Below are positions 53,900-64,000 of a stretch of DNA of 64,000 nt, piece by piece. Under the pieces are notes generated by a model that saw only the letters and a program-made list of their open reading frames with translations, made no database searches and had not been told where the DNA came from. This DNA comes from Octopus vulgaris (taxonomy: Eukaryota), in contig OX597819.1 of NCBI GenBank assembly GCA_951406725.2, positions 63,240,001 through 63,304,000 on the forward strand, given 5' to 3'. Position numbers and translations under genes: made by a program. How positions within the stretch are numbered: the stretch's first letter is position 1; each line of letters opens with the position of its first letter.

Positions 53900-56579
53900 T
53901 TGTCAGAGCTAAGATGGCAACAGGGCAACAAAGCCACCATTCGGTCTCTGGTAGATGAACAGGGGCGCGAATTGATCGAGCCAAGTAAAATGTGTGAGGC
54001 CTTTCAAAAGCATTTTGCCCGACTGTTCGGGATGAGTGGCGGGCAAGAACGTAGGGTAGACTTCAGTGCCTACCTACACAGCCTACCAGGACTCTCGACA
54101 AGAGAGGCAGGGTGCTGCGAAGGAGCCCTCACGGCGGCGGAAGTGCAGGACGCGATGGCAGAATGCTCGAGGGACAAATCGCCGGTTTTGGATGGTCTAC
54201 CCTACGAGCTTTACAGTTGTATGCCAGACTTGTTTTGAGACGTCTTGGCAGCGGTGTACTGCAACTGGCAGCAACACGGGAGCATTCCTGGTTTTGTGAG
54301 CCGAGAAGCCGTAACACTGCTGAGGAAAGATCTAAACAAGGGAAATGTAATAGATAACTTTAGGTCCATCACTCTGCTTGAAAATTTTGGCCAAGGTGTT
54401 AGCCAAGAGGTTGGCGTTTGTCATCGAGAAGCTGGTCGACAAGGCGCAAACGTGCGCCGTGCCGGGCCGGAACATCCATGACAACCTCCACCTGATGCGC
54501 TACATCATAGACAGGGTAGTTAACGAACCTGGCATGGGTGGGGCGCTGATCAATTTGGATCAATCGAAAGCTTTCGATAAGATAGACCATCGATACTTGG
54601 AGGCAGTCCTCAGAGCGGCTGGCTTCGGTCCCGTCTTCCGCGGCTGGATAGCCGCTTTGTACAGAGTCATCCGTTCGGTAATTCGCGTAAATGGACATCT
54701 ATCGAGACCTTTCGACATCGCACGTTCGGTCCGTCAGGGATGCCCCCTCTCGTCGCTTGTATACGTATTGACTCTCGAGCCATTATTGCGGAAGCTGGCA
54801 ACTCTGAGGGGCATCCCGCGAGAACTGGGACGAGCGTGTCTGCATACGCGGACGACGTCACCATCATAGTGTCTAGCCACGAGTACATCGAGCAGGTCGG
54901 CGAGACACTGAAAAACTACGAAGCGGTGACAGGAGCAAAAATCAACCGGGAAAAGTCAGTGGGCTTGTGACTAGGCACCTGGAGAAGCAAGCCCATGCCG
55001 TCCACCAGCGCCTCCGTCGTGGGACGCTGGACCGACGGTCCGGTGGAGTTGCTCGGGGTCTGGTTCTGTCCGGACCTCCAAATGGAGAAGAACTGGAACG
55101 AGATAACGAGTAGGGTGGTCACTCTCGCCCGGCAATGGGCCGAGAGGAAACTGTCCCTAAAAGGTCGGTCGGAGGTGGCGAACACGTACATTGCGTCAGT
55201 CATCTACTACCGCTTGACCGTCGTGCCTTGTCCCGACCCTACCATCACCAAACTAGAACGCATTCTCTTTCGCTTCTTGTGGAAAGGATGCGTCACGATG
55301 GTCAGGTGATCTATTTGCTGTCAACAACCGTTAAAAGGAGGACTGGGCATGTCGTGGTTGATGATGCGCAGACACGCGCTGAGACTGCGACATCTCAGGC
55401 TCTTCGTAGACGACGGTGAACAGGTGTGGTCGCCATTTGTGAGGCACGCTTTCCCGCAGCTCGTCTCCATGACCAAACTGCAATCGTGGATCAAAAAGAG
55501 GCCGAGGAAGGGCGGATGGCACCGCGAGTGTCGCGTTGCTCTCAAGCAACTCTGCCGTCCTGGGTCAACCTTGAGTGACTCCATCACAACCAAAGCATTC
55601 TATAGGGGATTAGTGGAGGGGAGGTACGACGACGAGCTCGAGGCGAACCTGGACGTCGACGAGGAATACCTGACCCGCCTGTTCGGGACGACTTTCGGGC
55701 CAGAGCCCTTGGACAACTTCCAGAGATCCCTGGCCTGACAGTGCTACCGAGAAGCGCTACTCGTTCGGGATAAGCTCTACAGACACGGCTCGAGAAACAC
55801 GGGGCCGACCTGCCCGAGATGCGGTCAGAGCGATGAACTACTGCTGTCACGTGTGGGACGAGTCGGTTTATCAGCTGAATCTATCGTCAATATTGTCACA
55901 CCTCCTTCCTTCAAACGGGAAGGAAGTGCTATTTTCATCATTCTTGTAGCTATGGCGAAAGAATGTATCTGGTGGACGCGTCTGAAAGGATTGGAGACAA
56001 ACACTTTCCTCTCTGGTCAATCTCCCATCAACTTCTTCAAATACCATTTGAAAAGGAAAGTGAGAGTAGAGAGGCAAGTTTTGTCTAGCGAATGTTTTAA
56101 AAAAGATGGGTGAATGTAGCAAGATGGCACGTATGAATGACGAAGCCACCTTGAGCATAATCCTATGAACCCAGAAATTGAAAACAGAGGGTTACCCACT
56201 TGCAAACAAATGTGGTAACATAAAACAATATTGACCAAGGTTACCGTGGTCTTTTTCGAAGGCTTTCCTTCCCACGGATAAACCTTACTTGCTTTCCCCT
56301 TTACAACATACATCATGACACTGTGATACACGATCCCTATTGAACGTTTTTTTCCTCTTTTTTTCTTCTTTTTTCATTTTTTTTTCTTTTGTTCCTTTTC
56401 CCTTTTTTCTTTTTTTTCTTTTCCTTTTTTTCCTTTTCTTTTTTTTGTTCTTTTTTCCCTTTTACGATCCCTTTTGATCGAAAACCTACGCCACCTTTTT
56501 TTTTTCTCCCGCGAAAAGGAAAGCTCTACCTTGTAACTTGCCCCATCTGTGTGCAGCCCTGTGTGGCCAATAAAGAAAT

Positions 56580-56580
<1 letters not shown>
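53900..56580 (+). mobile_element. Tx1/L1-clade LINE, 5'-truncated ORF2 remnant with 3' UTR
   Basis: KSPVLDGLPYELY, NFRSITLL, QTCAVPGRNIHDN, INLDQSKAFD, SVRQGCPLS, SAYADD, LSLKGRSEV, GGLG and CPRCG. T-rich 3' UTR, AATAAA, then (TATC)n. Confidence 0.93.
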
Positions 56581-56656
<76 letters not shown>

Positions 56657-56690
56657 CATCTATCTAACTATCTAACTATCTATCAATCTG

Positions 56691-56763
<73 letters not shown>

Positions 56764-56830
56764 ATATCTAACTATCTGTCTATCTATCTGTCTGTCTATC
56801 TATCTACCTATCTATCTATCTATCTATCTA

Positions 56831-56868
<38 letters not shown>
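56581..56868. repeat. (TATC)n microsatellite (Tx1 tail or target)
   Basis: Direct reading. Confidence 0.95.
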
Positions 56869-56869
<1 letters not shown>

Positions 56870-57625
56870 CGGCTTATGTCGAACAACTGCTGTCACGTGT
56901 GGGACGAGTCGGTTTATCAGCTGAGTCTATCGTCAATATTGTCACGCCTCCTTCCTTCAAACGGGAAGGAAGAGCTATTTTCATCATCCTTGTGGCTATG
57001 GCGAAAGAATGTATCTGGTGGACGCGTCTGAAAGGATTGGAGACAAACAATTTCCTCTCTGGTCAATCTCTCATCAACTTCTTCAAATACCACTTGAAAA
57101 GGAAAGTGAGAGTAGAGAGGCAAGTCTTGTCTAGCGAATGTTTTAAAAAAAGATGGGTGAATGTTGCAAGGATGGCACGTATGAATGACGAAGCCACCTG
57201 GAGCATAATCCTATGAACCCAGAAATTGAAAACAGAGGGTTACCCACATGCAAACAAATGTGGTAACATATAACAATATTGACCAAGGTTACCGTGGTCT
57301 TTTTCCCCTTTACACCAAACATCATAACGCTGTGATACACGATCCCAATTGATCTTTTTTTCCTCTTCCCCTTTTTTCCCCTCTTTTCTTCTTTTTTCAT
57401 TTCTCTTTTCTTTTGTTCCTTTTCCTTTTTTCTTATTTTTATTTATTTCATCTTATTTATTTATTTTTTGTTCTTTTTTTCCCTTTTACGATCCTTTTTG
57501 ATCGAAAACCTACACCACCTTTTTTCTGTTTCTTTTGTTTTTTGTTTTTTTCATCCCCCAAATGTAAAGCTCTATCTTGTAACTTGTACCATCTGTGTGC
57601 AGCCCTGTGTGGCCAATAAAAAAAC

Positions 57626-57686
<61 letters not shown>

Positions 57687-57725
57687 GGTCTGTCTGTCTG
57701 TCTACCTATCTATCTAATCTATCTA
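56869..57725 (+). mobile_element. Second, shorter copy of the same Tx1 family with its own (TATC)n tail
   Basis: 56885-57625 closely parallels 55840-56580, with independent indels. Confidence 0.92.
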
Positions 57726-57751
57726 GCTGTCTGTATACATACACACACACG

Positions 57752-57826
<75 letters not shown>

Positions 57827-58032
57827 GATTCACTAGCACTGTGTACAAACTTTATACGTGAAATGACCAATTTCAAATACTATTGGAATCTTATACGTAT
57901 TCCATTCTGCCTAAATAATGGATCTACACATGCAATAACCCTGCATATCTCACATATATTTTTATTCCTCCACTTCACTCTCTATTTCAGATCTTATCTA
58001 AATTAACTATTGCTTAACCATTATCTCACACC

Positions 58033-58080
58033 GTCTCAGATGAAGGGATATAAAATATATCCCGGAAACAGCTGTAAGAC
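58033..58080 (+). ncRNA. Type I hammerhead ribozyme motif with one core substitution
   Basis: Stem I gtct/agac, CAGAUGA (consensus CUGAUGA), stem II gggatata/tatatccc, GAAA, C-agct-G palindromic stem III, GUA cleavage triplet. Confidence 0.7.
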
Positions 58081-58137
58081 CTTCTATTTATAAATGTTCT
58101 AAAATCTTCACACACACACACACACACACACAGAGAA

Positions 58138-58227
<90 letters not shown>

Positions 58228-58563
58228 TAAATTTGTTTATGGGAAATGTTTTGAATATGCAAATAAAGCTCCTGTTCTCTTATGCCAGCCGTTTTCTTAT
58301 GATGCTGAGTAGAGAACCAGTTTTTTCGGGATTACGTCGAGCTGTACCGATATTATGCAGGATCCATTAATGTGATATCGCCTGAACAAATGGACCCAAG
58401 GTGATGATTAACTCGATACCTACGAATACTACGGGCTGCGCTGTAATCTACCCAGGAATACGGGCTATGATCTTAAGAGACGTGTGGTTTCTGGAAACGC
58501 GTTTAGCGACGTATTAAATGTTTATAAATTCCTTCCAAAGATTATTGTTATTATATATATGCC

Positions 58564-59118
58564 TTTACTTGTTTCAGTCATTTGGCTGCGGCCATGCTGA
58601 AGCACCGCTTTTAGTCGAAGAAATCGACCCCAGGATTTATTCTTTGTAAGCTTAGTACTTATTCAATCGATCTCTTTTTACCGAACTGCTAGCTTTAAGC
58701 TTAACGGTAGAGCACTGCGATGCATAATAACAGTGGTGTGTATTCGAGTCTCATGGCTGGCCGCAGACACATTTTTTCTACAAAATATGGGTAGTTTATC
58801 CGGTTCATGCTATTTTATTAGTATTATCCTGCGTTTGAGAATAAAACACTACTTCCTTAACTATATATATTTTTTCCTTATTTCAGTCATTAGACTGTGG
58901 TCATTCGAGGGCACCGCTTTGAAGAATTTAGTCGAATTAGCCGGTCCCAATACTTTTATTTTTTAAAGCTTGGTATTTATTCTCTTTCTTTTTCTCCGAA
59001 CTCCTAAGTTACGAGGACGTAAATACCTCAACACCTGTTGTCAAGTTGTAAATACCTCAACACCTGTTGTCGGTGAGGGAAAAACACAGGCACACACACA
59101 CACACACACACACACATA
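58564..59118 (-). mobile_element. Two partial SINE family A copies (58564-58690 and ~58875-59118)
   Basis: Family A tail and body motifs. Confidence 0.7.
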
Positions 59119-59336
59119 TGAGTTAAAAATGATATATCATCCTACCTGTAACCGTCTTTCTTCTCAAGTCGTTTTCAGATACCGGCTAACAACAACGGAA
59201 TTTATGTGGTACCCAAGCTAAAAAAAAGGTTGCTAGGCTTTGGTAACATTTCTCACTGAGTAAATCCGAGTTTCCTGTATGTTCTGTAAAATTGATAATA
59301 CTAATTCTATACTGCATATGTTCTGTGAAAGTAGTA

Positions 59337-59655
59337 ATACTATTAATAATGAAAAGGAGGACGGTGATTTTTCACATCCATAATTTTATTTAACAGTTAT
59401 TTACAGCATGTTTTCGAGACCTAGATGTATATCGACTGCAGTCACTCCACTGCATATTTATGAATATGCAACCAGGCATCCTGGTCGATGCAGCGTCTTG
59501 AAATTGCACTGGCCATGATGCTAGATTGCATATCCAAGAGAGAGCAGTTATTGCAGTCGAAACACGTACAGGTCCCGAAAAGGCACTGTAAATAGCTGTT
59601 AAATAAAACTATGGAGGTGAAATATTTCCTTTCTCCTTAATATTATTAATACTAT
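59337..59655. repeat. ~320-bp imperfect foldback palindrome
   Basis: tattaataat..ttcacatccataattttatttaacagttatttacag..tcgactgca..gcatcctggtc pairs with gccatgatgc..tgcagtcga..ctgtaaatagctgttaaataaaactatggaggtgaa..attattaata. Confidence 0.88.
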
Positions 59656-59747
59656 ATATATATATATGTATGTATGTATGTATGTATATACACGAAGGCA
59701 CTACATGAGCACCCACTTCGCTAGACGCAGTGCTTCATATATATATA

Positions 59748-59935
59748 TAGTGAGAATTTACAAATAATCAAAATACCAAGACATGTGTGTAAACGACAAA
59801 CAGATGTATTAGTTTAACGCTCGGTAAGTGAGAAAGTCTTTTACGGTTCGAGCCTACGCTCTTCGACAGAAAGGAACATAGAATTAAACACCGAAAGAAA
59901 ATAGAAAAGTGTTTAGTGCTTAGCGATCTATCATG
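59748..59935 (-). mobile_element. Short PLE-derived insert with degenerate hammerhead-like motif
   Basis: Minus strand ttt-ctgtcga-a-gagc-gtag-gctc-gaac-cgta-aaag at ~59838-59872. Layout resembles 46503-46697. Confidence 0.5.
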
Positions 59936-60869
59936 TTAAGTAAACATGTGTTCTGTCATGGATCGATGTGTATCAGCTTTTAAATATACCAATATATCAG
60001 TCATTTATATATTTGATATATTAAACATCTATGAATACGTAAATATATTAAAAATTTTATATGCATGTATGAATAGATGAGTGAAATTAGGTTATAAAAG
60101 TATAGATGAATAAAAAATGTAGATATATAAAAATATATTAGAATTACAGTCATATTAAGAGATGTTGTAGAGCGGTATTGTAAAAATTATTCAAAAAGAA
60201 AATATGCGCTTACAAGAATGTGAATAAAATAGTCTTCCGAAGAGAGAATAAAAAATACCGTTGCGTGGAGATTGGATTTTTCAAAAAGCATATGTAAATC
60301 ATCTAAGAGAATAAGTAAGCATATTTCGATAAACTGTTGGTAGTAATCATCTTACGGCCGTTTCAGCGGCGCAGTAATCTATATATCTTTCATCCTACGT
60401 ATATACAAGAACTAAACCTAAAAAATATACCATACTCATTATCTTGGTCTGTAATAGCATAAACACCCCCACCCATACAATACAATTACGCATGTATGCA
60501 AATTGTGCATTAGAGAATCCATGAATATTCTTCGTCGATATGAGCCTACATAATATGTTTTTGGATGCAATATTTTCCTGTAACCATAGACACCGTTCAA
60601 AATTTAAATATTTTGATACATCTCAATAAATTAACCCTTAAGTCTTTAATTATCTTTATTTCAATTAATCTCTACACTCCTGCCATCCTGTAACTTCATA
60701 TTGATAAATTTTTGCCTGCTTAACATTTATAATATTTTCTAATCTGTATTTCCCATAATTCCTGTTATAACATTTCTTCCTCCAGCTAACAAATGCACCT
60801 CCCTATATAACTAAATCTCACCTACCCAGTACAACATTGTACGAAATGTATCGATTGTTGACTATTTGA

Positions 60870-62247
60870 GATTCGTTCTCGTCACGGACGTGACTGGAGT
60901 TAAGAAGGAAGGAGTAAATTTTAATATGCAGGAGTTTAAGATGTACAAGGACCTACTGAAAAAGGAGGGGTGACTCTGACTCTCCTCAGTGAAGTCAGGA
61001 AAGAAACAGAGAGAAAAAAGTTATATTCAAAACATTTTTAAAGAGACAGAAAAAGATAGAGATTACGGAGAGAAAAGAAATTCAGAAGTGGTTTGGCACC
61101 CACCTGGCCGAAAATAACTTACCTGACCAGGGGTTCCAAATATGCCACAGTAGAGGTGAAGTTCTCATCAGAGGAAAAGGCCAGACAACACTCCATGGAC
61201 TCATTGTCTTCGGTCAATATCATCCTCCTACCCTCCTACCTTGGAGGGTGGATGAGATATCACTAGCGGCGATGTTGGTTGGTTAGCGGTGGTGATAGTA
61301 TTGGACCTGGAGGAGAAGGTGACAATCCTGCAGGCTGTGAGAATACGAGAAAGTAACTGGCTGGAGTAAGGCCAGGAAATGGTCATCCAGGCTACCCCAG
61401 AGGTCTAGATGCCATCACAGGCATCATAGTGGTGGGTGATAAGGAACTGAGGGTAATGGTAGAGGGCAGGAAGCCTAGGTTCTTCAACTGTGGCCAGAAA
61501 GGCAACATAAGAGCTGAGTACCCTCCGCCCCCTACAAAAAGTTACAAGGACTACACCGATGGAGACCACACGTCCATCCGTTGAAGCATCGAAGTCGGAA
61601 GGAATATACGAACCGAGGAAACAAGAGGGAATAACAGAGGAGTGGACAACGGTTAACACAAAAAAAGAAAAACGGAAAGCAGCAGAAGAGAATGCACCTT
61701 CCTCTGCAGACACCAGCCCTCGACATGTCTCACCAAACACTGACTCTGCTCCTAGTAAAAAGAAACAAGCAGTACACTTCAACAACAAACCTCCCAATCA
61801 CCATCCTGTGTGGGGAAAAAAGCCTTTGTGGTGTACAGTAAAGTGAATAAGAACTTAGTGAAAAAGCTTAAACAAACTGATAAAGATTGACAGATTTAAG
61901 GATTACCCGCCTCATATTCAGCGGCTGCTTGTTGACAGTGAGCTCATTCAAGAACTCATGTATTTGGAAAAGAAGTCTGTGATTTGGAGGAAGAAGTGGA
62001 CACAGCTGAACAAAAACATATGGTAAGGTCACGTGATTTGTTCAAACGGTTCAAATAAGAATTGTTTCATTCAAAATAGACTATAAAACAGTTAAATGAG
62101 ATCACTCGGCGTGTGGGAGCCGAGTGGCCGTCATTCCATCTTTCATTAATTTTTTCATTTCCATACGTTTGTCTTTTTTCCCCACCACCTTTCTGTTTTG
62201 TTCGTCCTTGTGCTGTCCCCTCTGTGTAAGACCCTTGTAAGTTAAAA
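60870..62247 (+). mobile_element. ORF1-only (HAL1-like) Tx1 derivative, degraded
   Basis: Peptide ITYLTRGSKYATVEVKFSSEEKARQHS aligns with Tx1 ORF1 at 48604-48690 (IK*IARGRAYGTMEARFETAEKAKYHS). Degenerate knuckle FFNCGQKGNIRAEY, Tx1-like 3' end, no ORF2. Confidence 0.7.
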
Positions 62248-62267
62248 ATTTGAATCCTGAATAACAT

Positions 62268-62360
62268 ACTCCCTGATGAAAGAGTCAGTATCCAATTTTT
62301 GCAGGGAAAATAACCTTAAAACCTATGGATTACTGTGTCCCTGAAACGGCCGTAAAAGGA
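62268..62360 (+). ncRNA. Hammerhead ribozyme motif with extended stem II
   Basis: CUGAUGA at 62273-79, stem II cagta-tcca/tggattactg with long loop, GAAA at 62343-46, C-ggcc-G stem III, GUA at 62352-54. Stem I is weak. Confidence 0.65.
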
Positions 62361-62832
62361 TTACCACCAATAGTTTATCTAAACAGGGTTACTTATTCTC
62401 TTGGATTATTTACATATGCTTTTTGAAAAATCCAATCTCAACGCTACGATGTTTTTTTTTTTTATTTACTCTTCGGAAGACTATTTTATACACCTGTTTG
62501 TGAGCGTGTATTTTATATTTAAATAATTTTTACAATGCCATTCTACAGCGCCTCTTAACATGAATGCTACTCTAAATATATTTTTATATATCTATACTTT
62601 TATCATCTAATTTCACTCATCTATTTATATATGTATATTGAATTTTTATATATTTATGTATTCATGGATTTTAAATACGTTTTAATATTTTAATGACTGA
62701 TAAATTTGTATATTTAAAAACTGATATGCATCGATCCATGGCACAATTTGTTTATTTACATAGTTGCATTGTTGTGAACGTATCTGAAATTCTCCTGATA
62801 CACTCACAAACACAAAACACACACACACACAT

Positions 62833-62890
<58 letters not shown>

Positions 62891-62899
62891 CATATACAT

Positions 62900-63056
62900 A
62901 CAAACGACAGGTTCCTTTCTGTTTCCGTCTACTAAATCTATTCACAAGAATTCTGGTCGGGTCATTGCTATAGTAGAAGACATTTGGCCAAGCTGCTACT
63001 CAGAACCAAGAACTAAGTGGTTGGAAAGCAAACCTCTTGCCACACAGCCACTCCTG
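62900..63056 (-). mobile_element. SINE family A, 5' half, diverged
   Basis: 'gtttccgtctactaaatc...tatagtagaagaca...ccacacagccactcctg'. Confidence 0.7.
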
Positions 63057-64000
63057 GGTCTACCAATCAATCAATCAATCTATGTATGTATATATGTATT
63101 TATGTATGTATCTATCTACGTATCTATCTATCCACACACACATGCTTACATACATACATAAATATATGTATTTCCGTATGTGTGTGTGTGTGTGTACGAA
63201 TATCAATAGTGAAACGATTCAATCCTGTGTAAATAAGAATGCTAATCAAAGAGAAGAAATGTACACGACACCATTCACAGACAACTGATTGCTTTGTATT
63301 GTATTACATACACCAGGCTATATAACTGAAAATATCCTACATACACTATTATTATAGAGAAATATTTCGAAGCTCAGGAGACGGTTAATAGGATATTTAT
63401 ATAAGACACACTTCCCATACACACTCATGTGCACAGACACGGGCATAAGAAGATACAAGTAAGTGACAGTGTGCAAATCTTGCAGAAGGCGCTGATACGA
63501 AATGTCTTACTTTATGAGCAGTACATAAATTACACATTCTTCGTTTTCAACTTAGATTCTATATACCTAAATGCATGCATACTCCTTTACATAAAACTAA
63601 AATGGATCTCCGTCTATTTGGATGATGATTATTTTATTTTATTATTTCTAATTTCATCAGTTAAACGGTTTGATAAATGAACAATTTTTTTTTTATTGCT
63701 GAGTATCACAATAACATACGTATGCTTGATTTTGCCTGCAATTATAGGCCAAGATAGTGGTTAGAAAGTTGAAGGTAAAGGTAGCTCAGTCTATTGCAAT
63801 TACTGTCAATCTGGCGGGTTTCACAGTTTCCATCTACGCAGTTTCACTAGAGAATCTTTGGTGGTCTCCAAGATCAGCTGAATGTAATATACCATACCAA
63901 ATAGATCAGGCACTGACATCGAACACGAGTCCTGACGGTACATAACTAATCGGCTCTGCAATGATGGAAGCCATACGAAATATACAAACACGCAGTCACC

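Larger units (their letters stand above)
59941..62755 (+). mobile_element. 5'-truncated Naiad-type Penelope-like element with inverted upstream pseudo-LTR (59941-60383), GIY-YIG C-terminus (~60388-60620) and downstream pseudo-LTR (~62250-62755), interrupted by an ORF1-only element
   Basis: ~440-bp inverted repeats. Frameshifted peptide YIQELNLKNIPYSLSWSVIA...YNTITHVCKLCIRE..IL...HRSKF matches the Naiad-type endonuclease tail. HHR at 62268-62360. Confidence 0.75.

Overview
AT-rich eukaryotic non-coding DNA, most likely from an octopus or other cephalopod genome; this is inferred from the SINE families, the Dong, Tx1, RTE and Naiad-type retroelements and the extreme microsatellite density. I recognise no host protein-coding exon, and nearly all ORFs in the supplied track are microsatellite artefacts or transposon remnants. 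The window is a nested transposable-element landscape. It holds about 25 tRNA-derived SINE copies from at least 3 families, four R4/Dong-type LINE remnants beside TAA-type microsatellites, a young RTE LINE with a target-site duplication (TSD), and three Tx1/L1-clade LINE copies. It also holds CR1 and old RTE fragments, three Naiad-like Penelope (PLE) remnants, mariner and rosa-like DNA transposons, and Helitron-type non-autonomous elements. Highlights: (i) several hammerhead ribozyme (HHR) motifs, one apparently intact inside a ~455-bp tandem unit (retrozyme or PLE pseudo-LTR candidate); (ii) an ORF1-only 'half-Tx1' (HAL1-like) element nested in a Penelope-like element with inverted ribozyme-bearing repeats; (iii) a 3' tail shared by a SINE, the ORF1-only element and Tx1 LINEs, suggesting a Tx1-driven mobilisation network. 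Coordinates were read by eye, so the ends of degraded elements are approximate.
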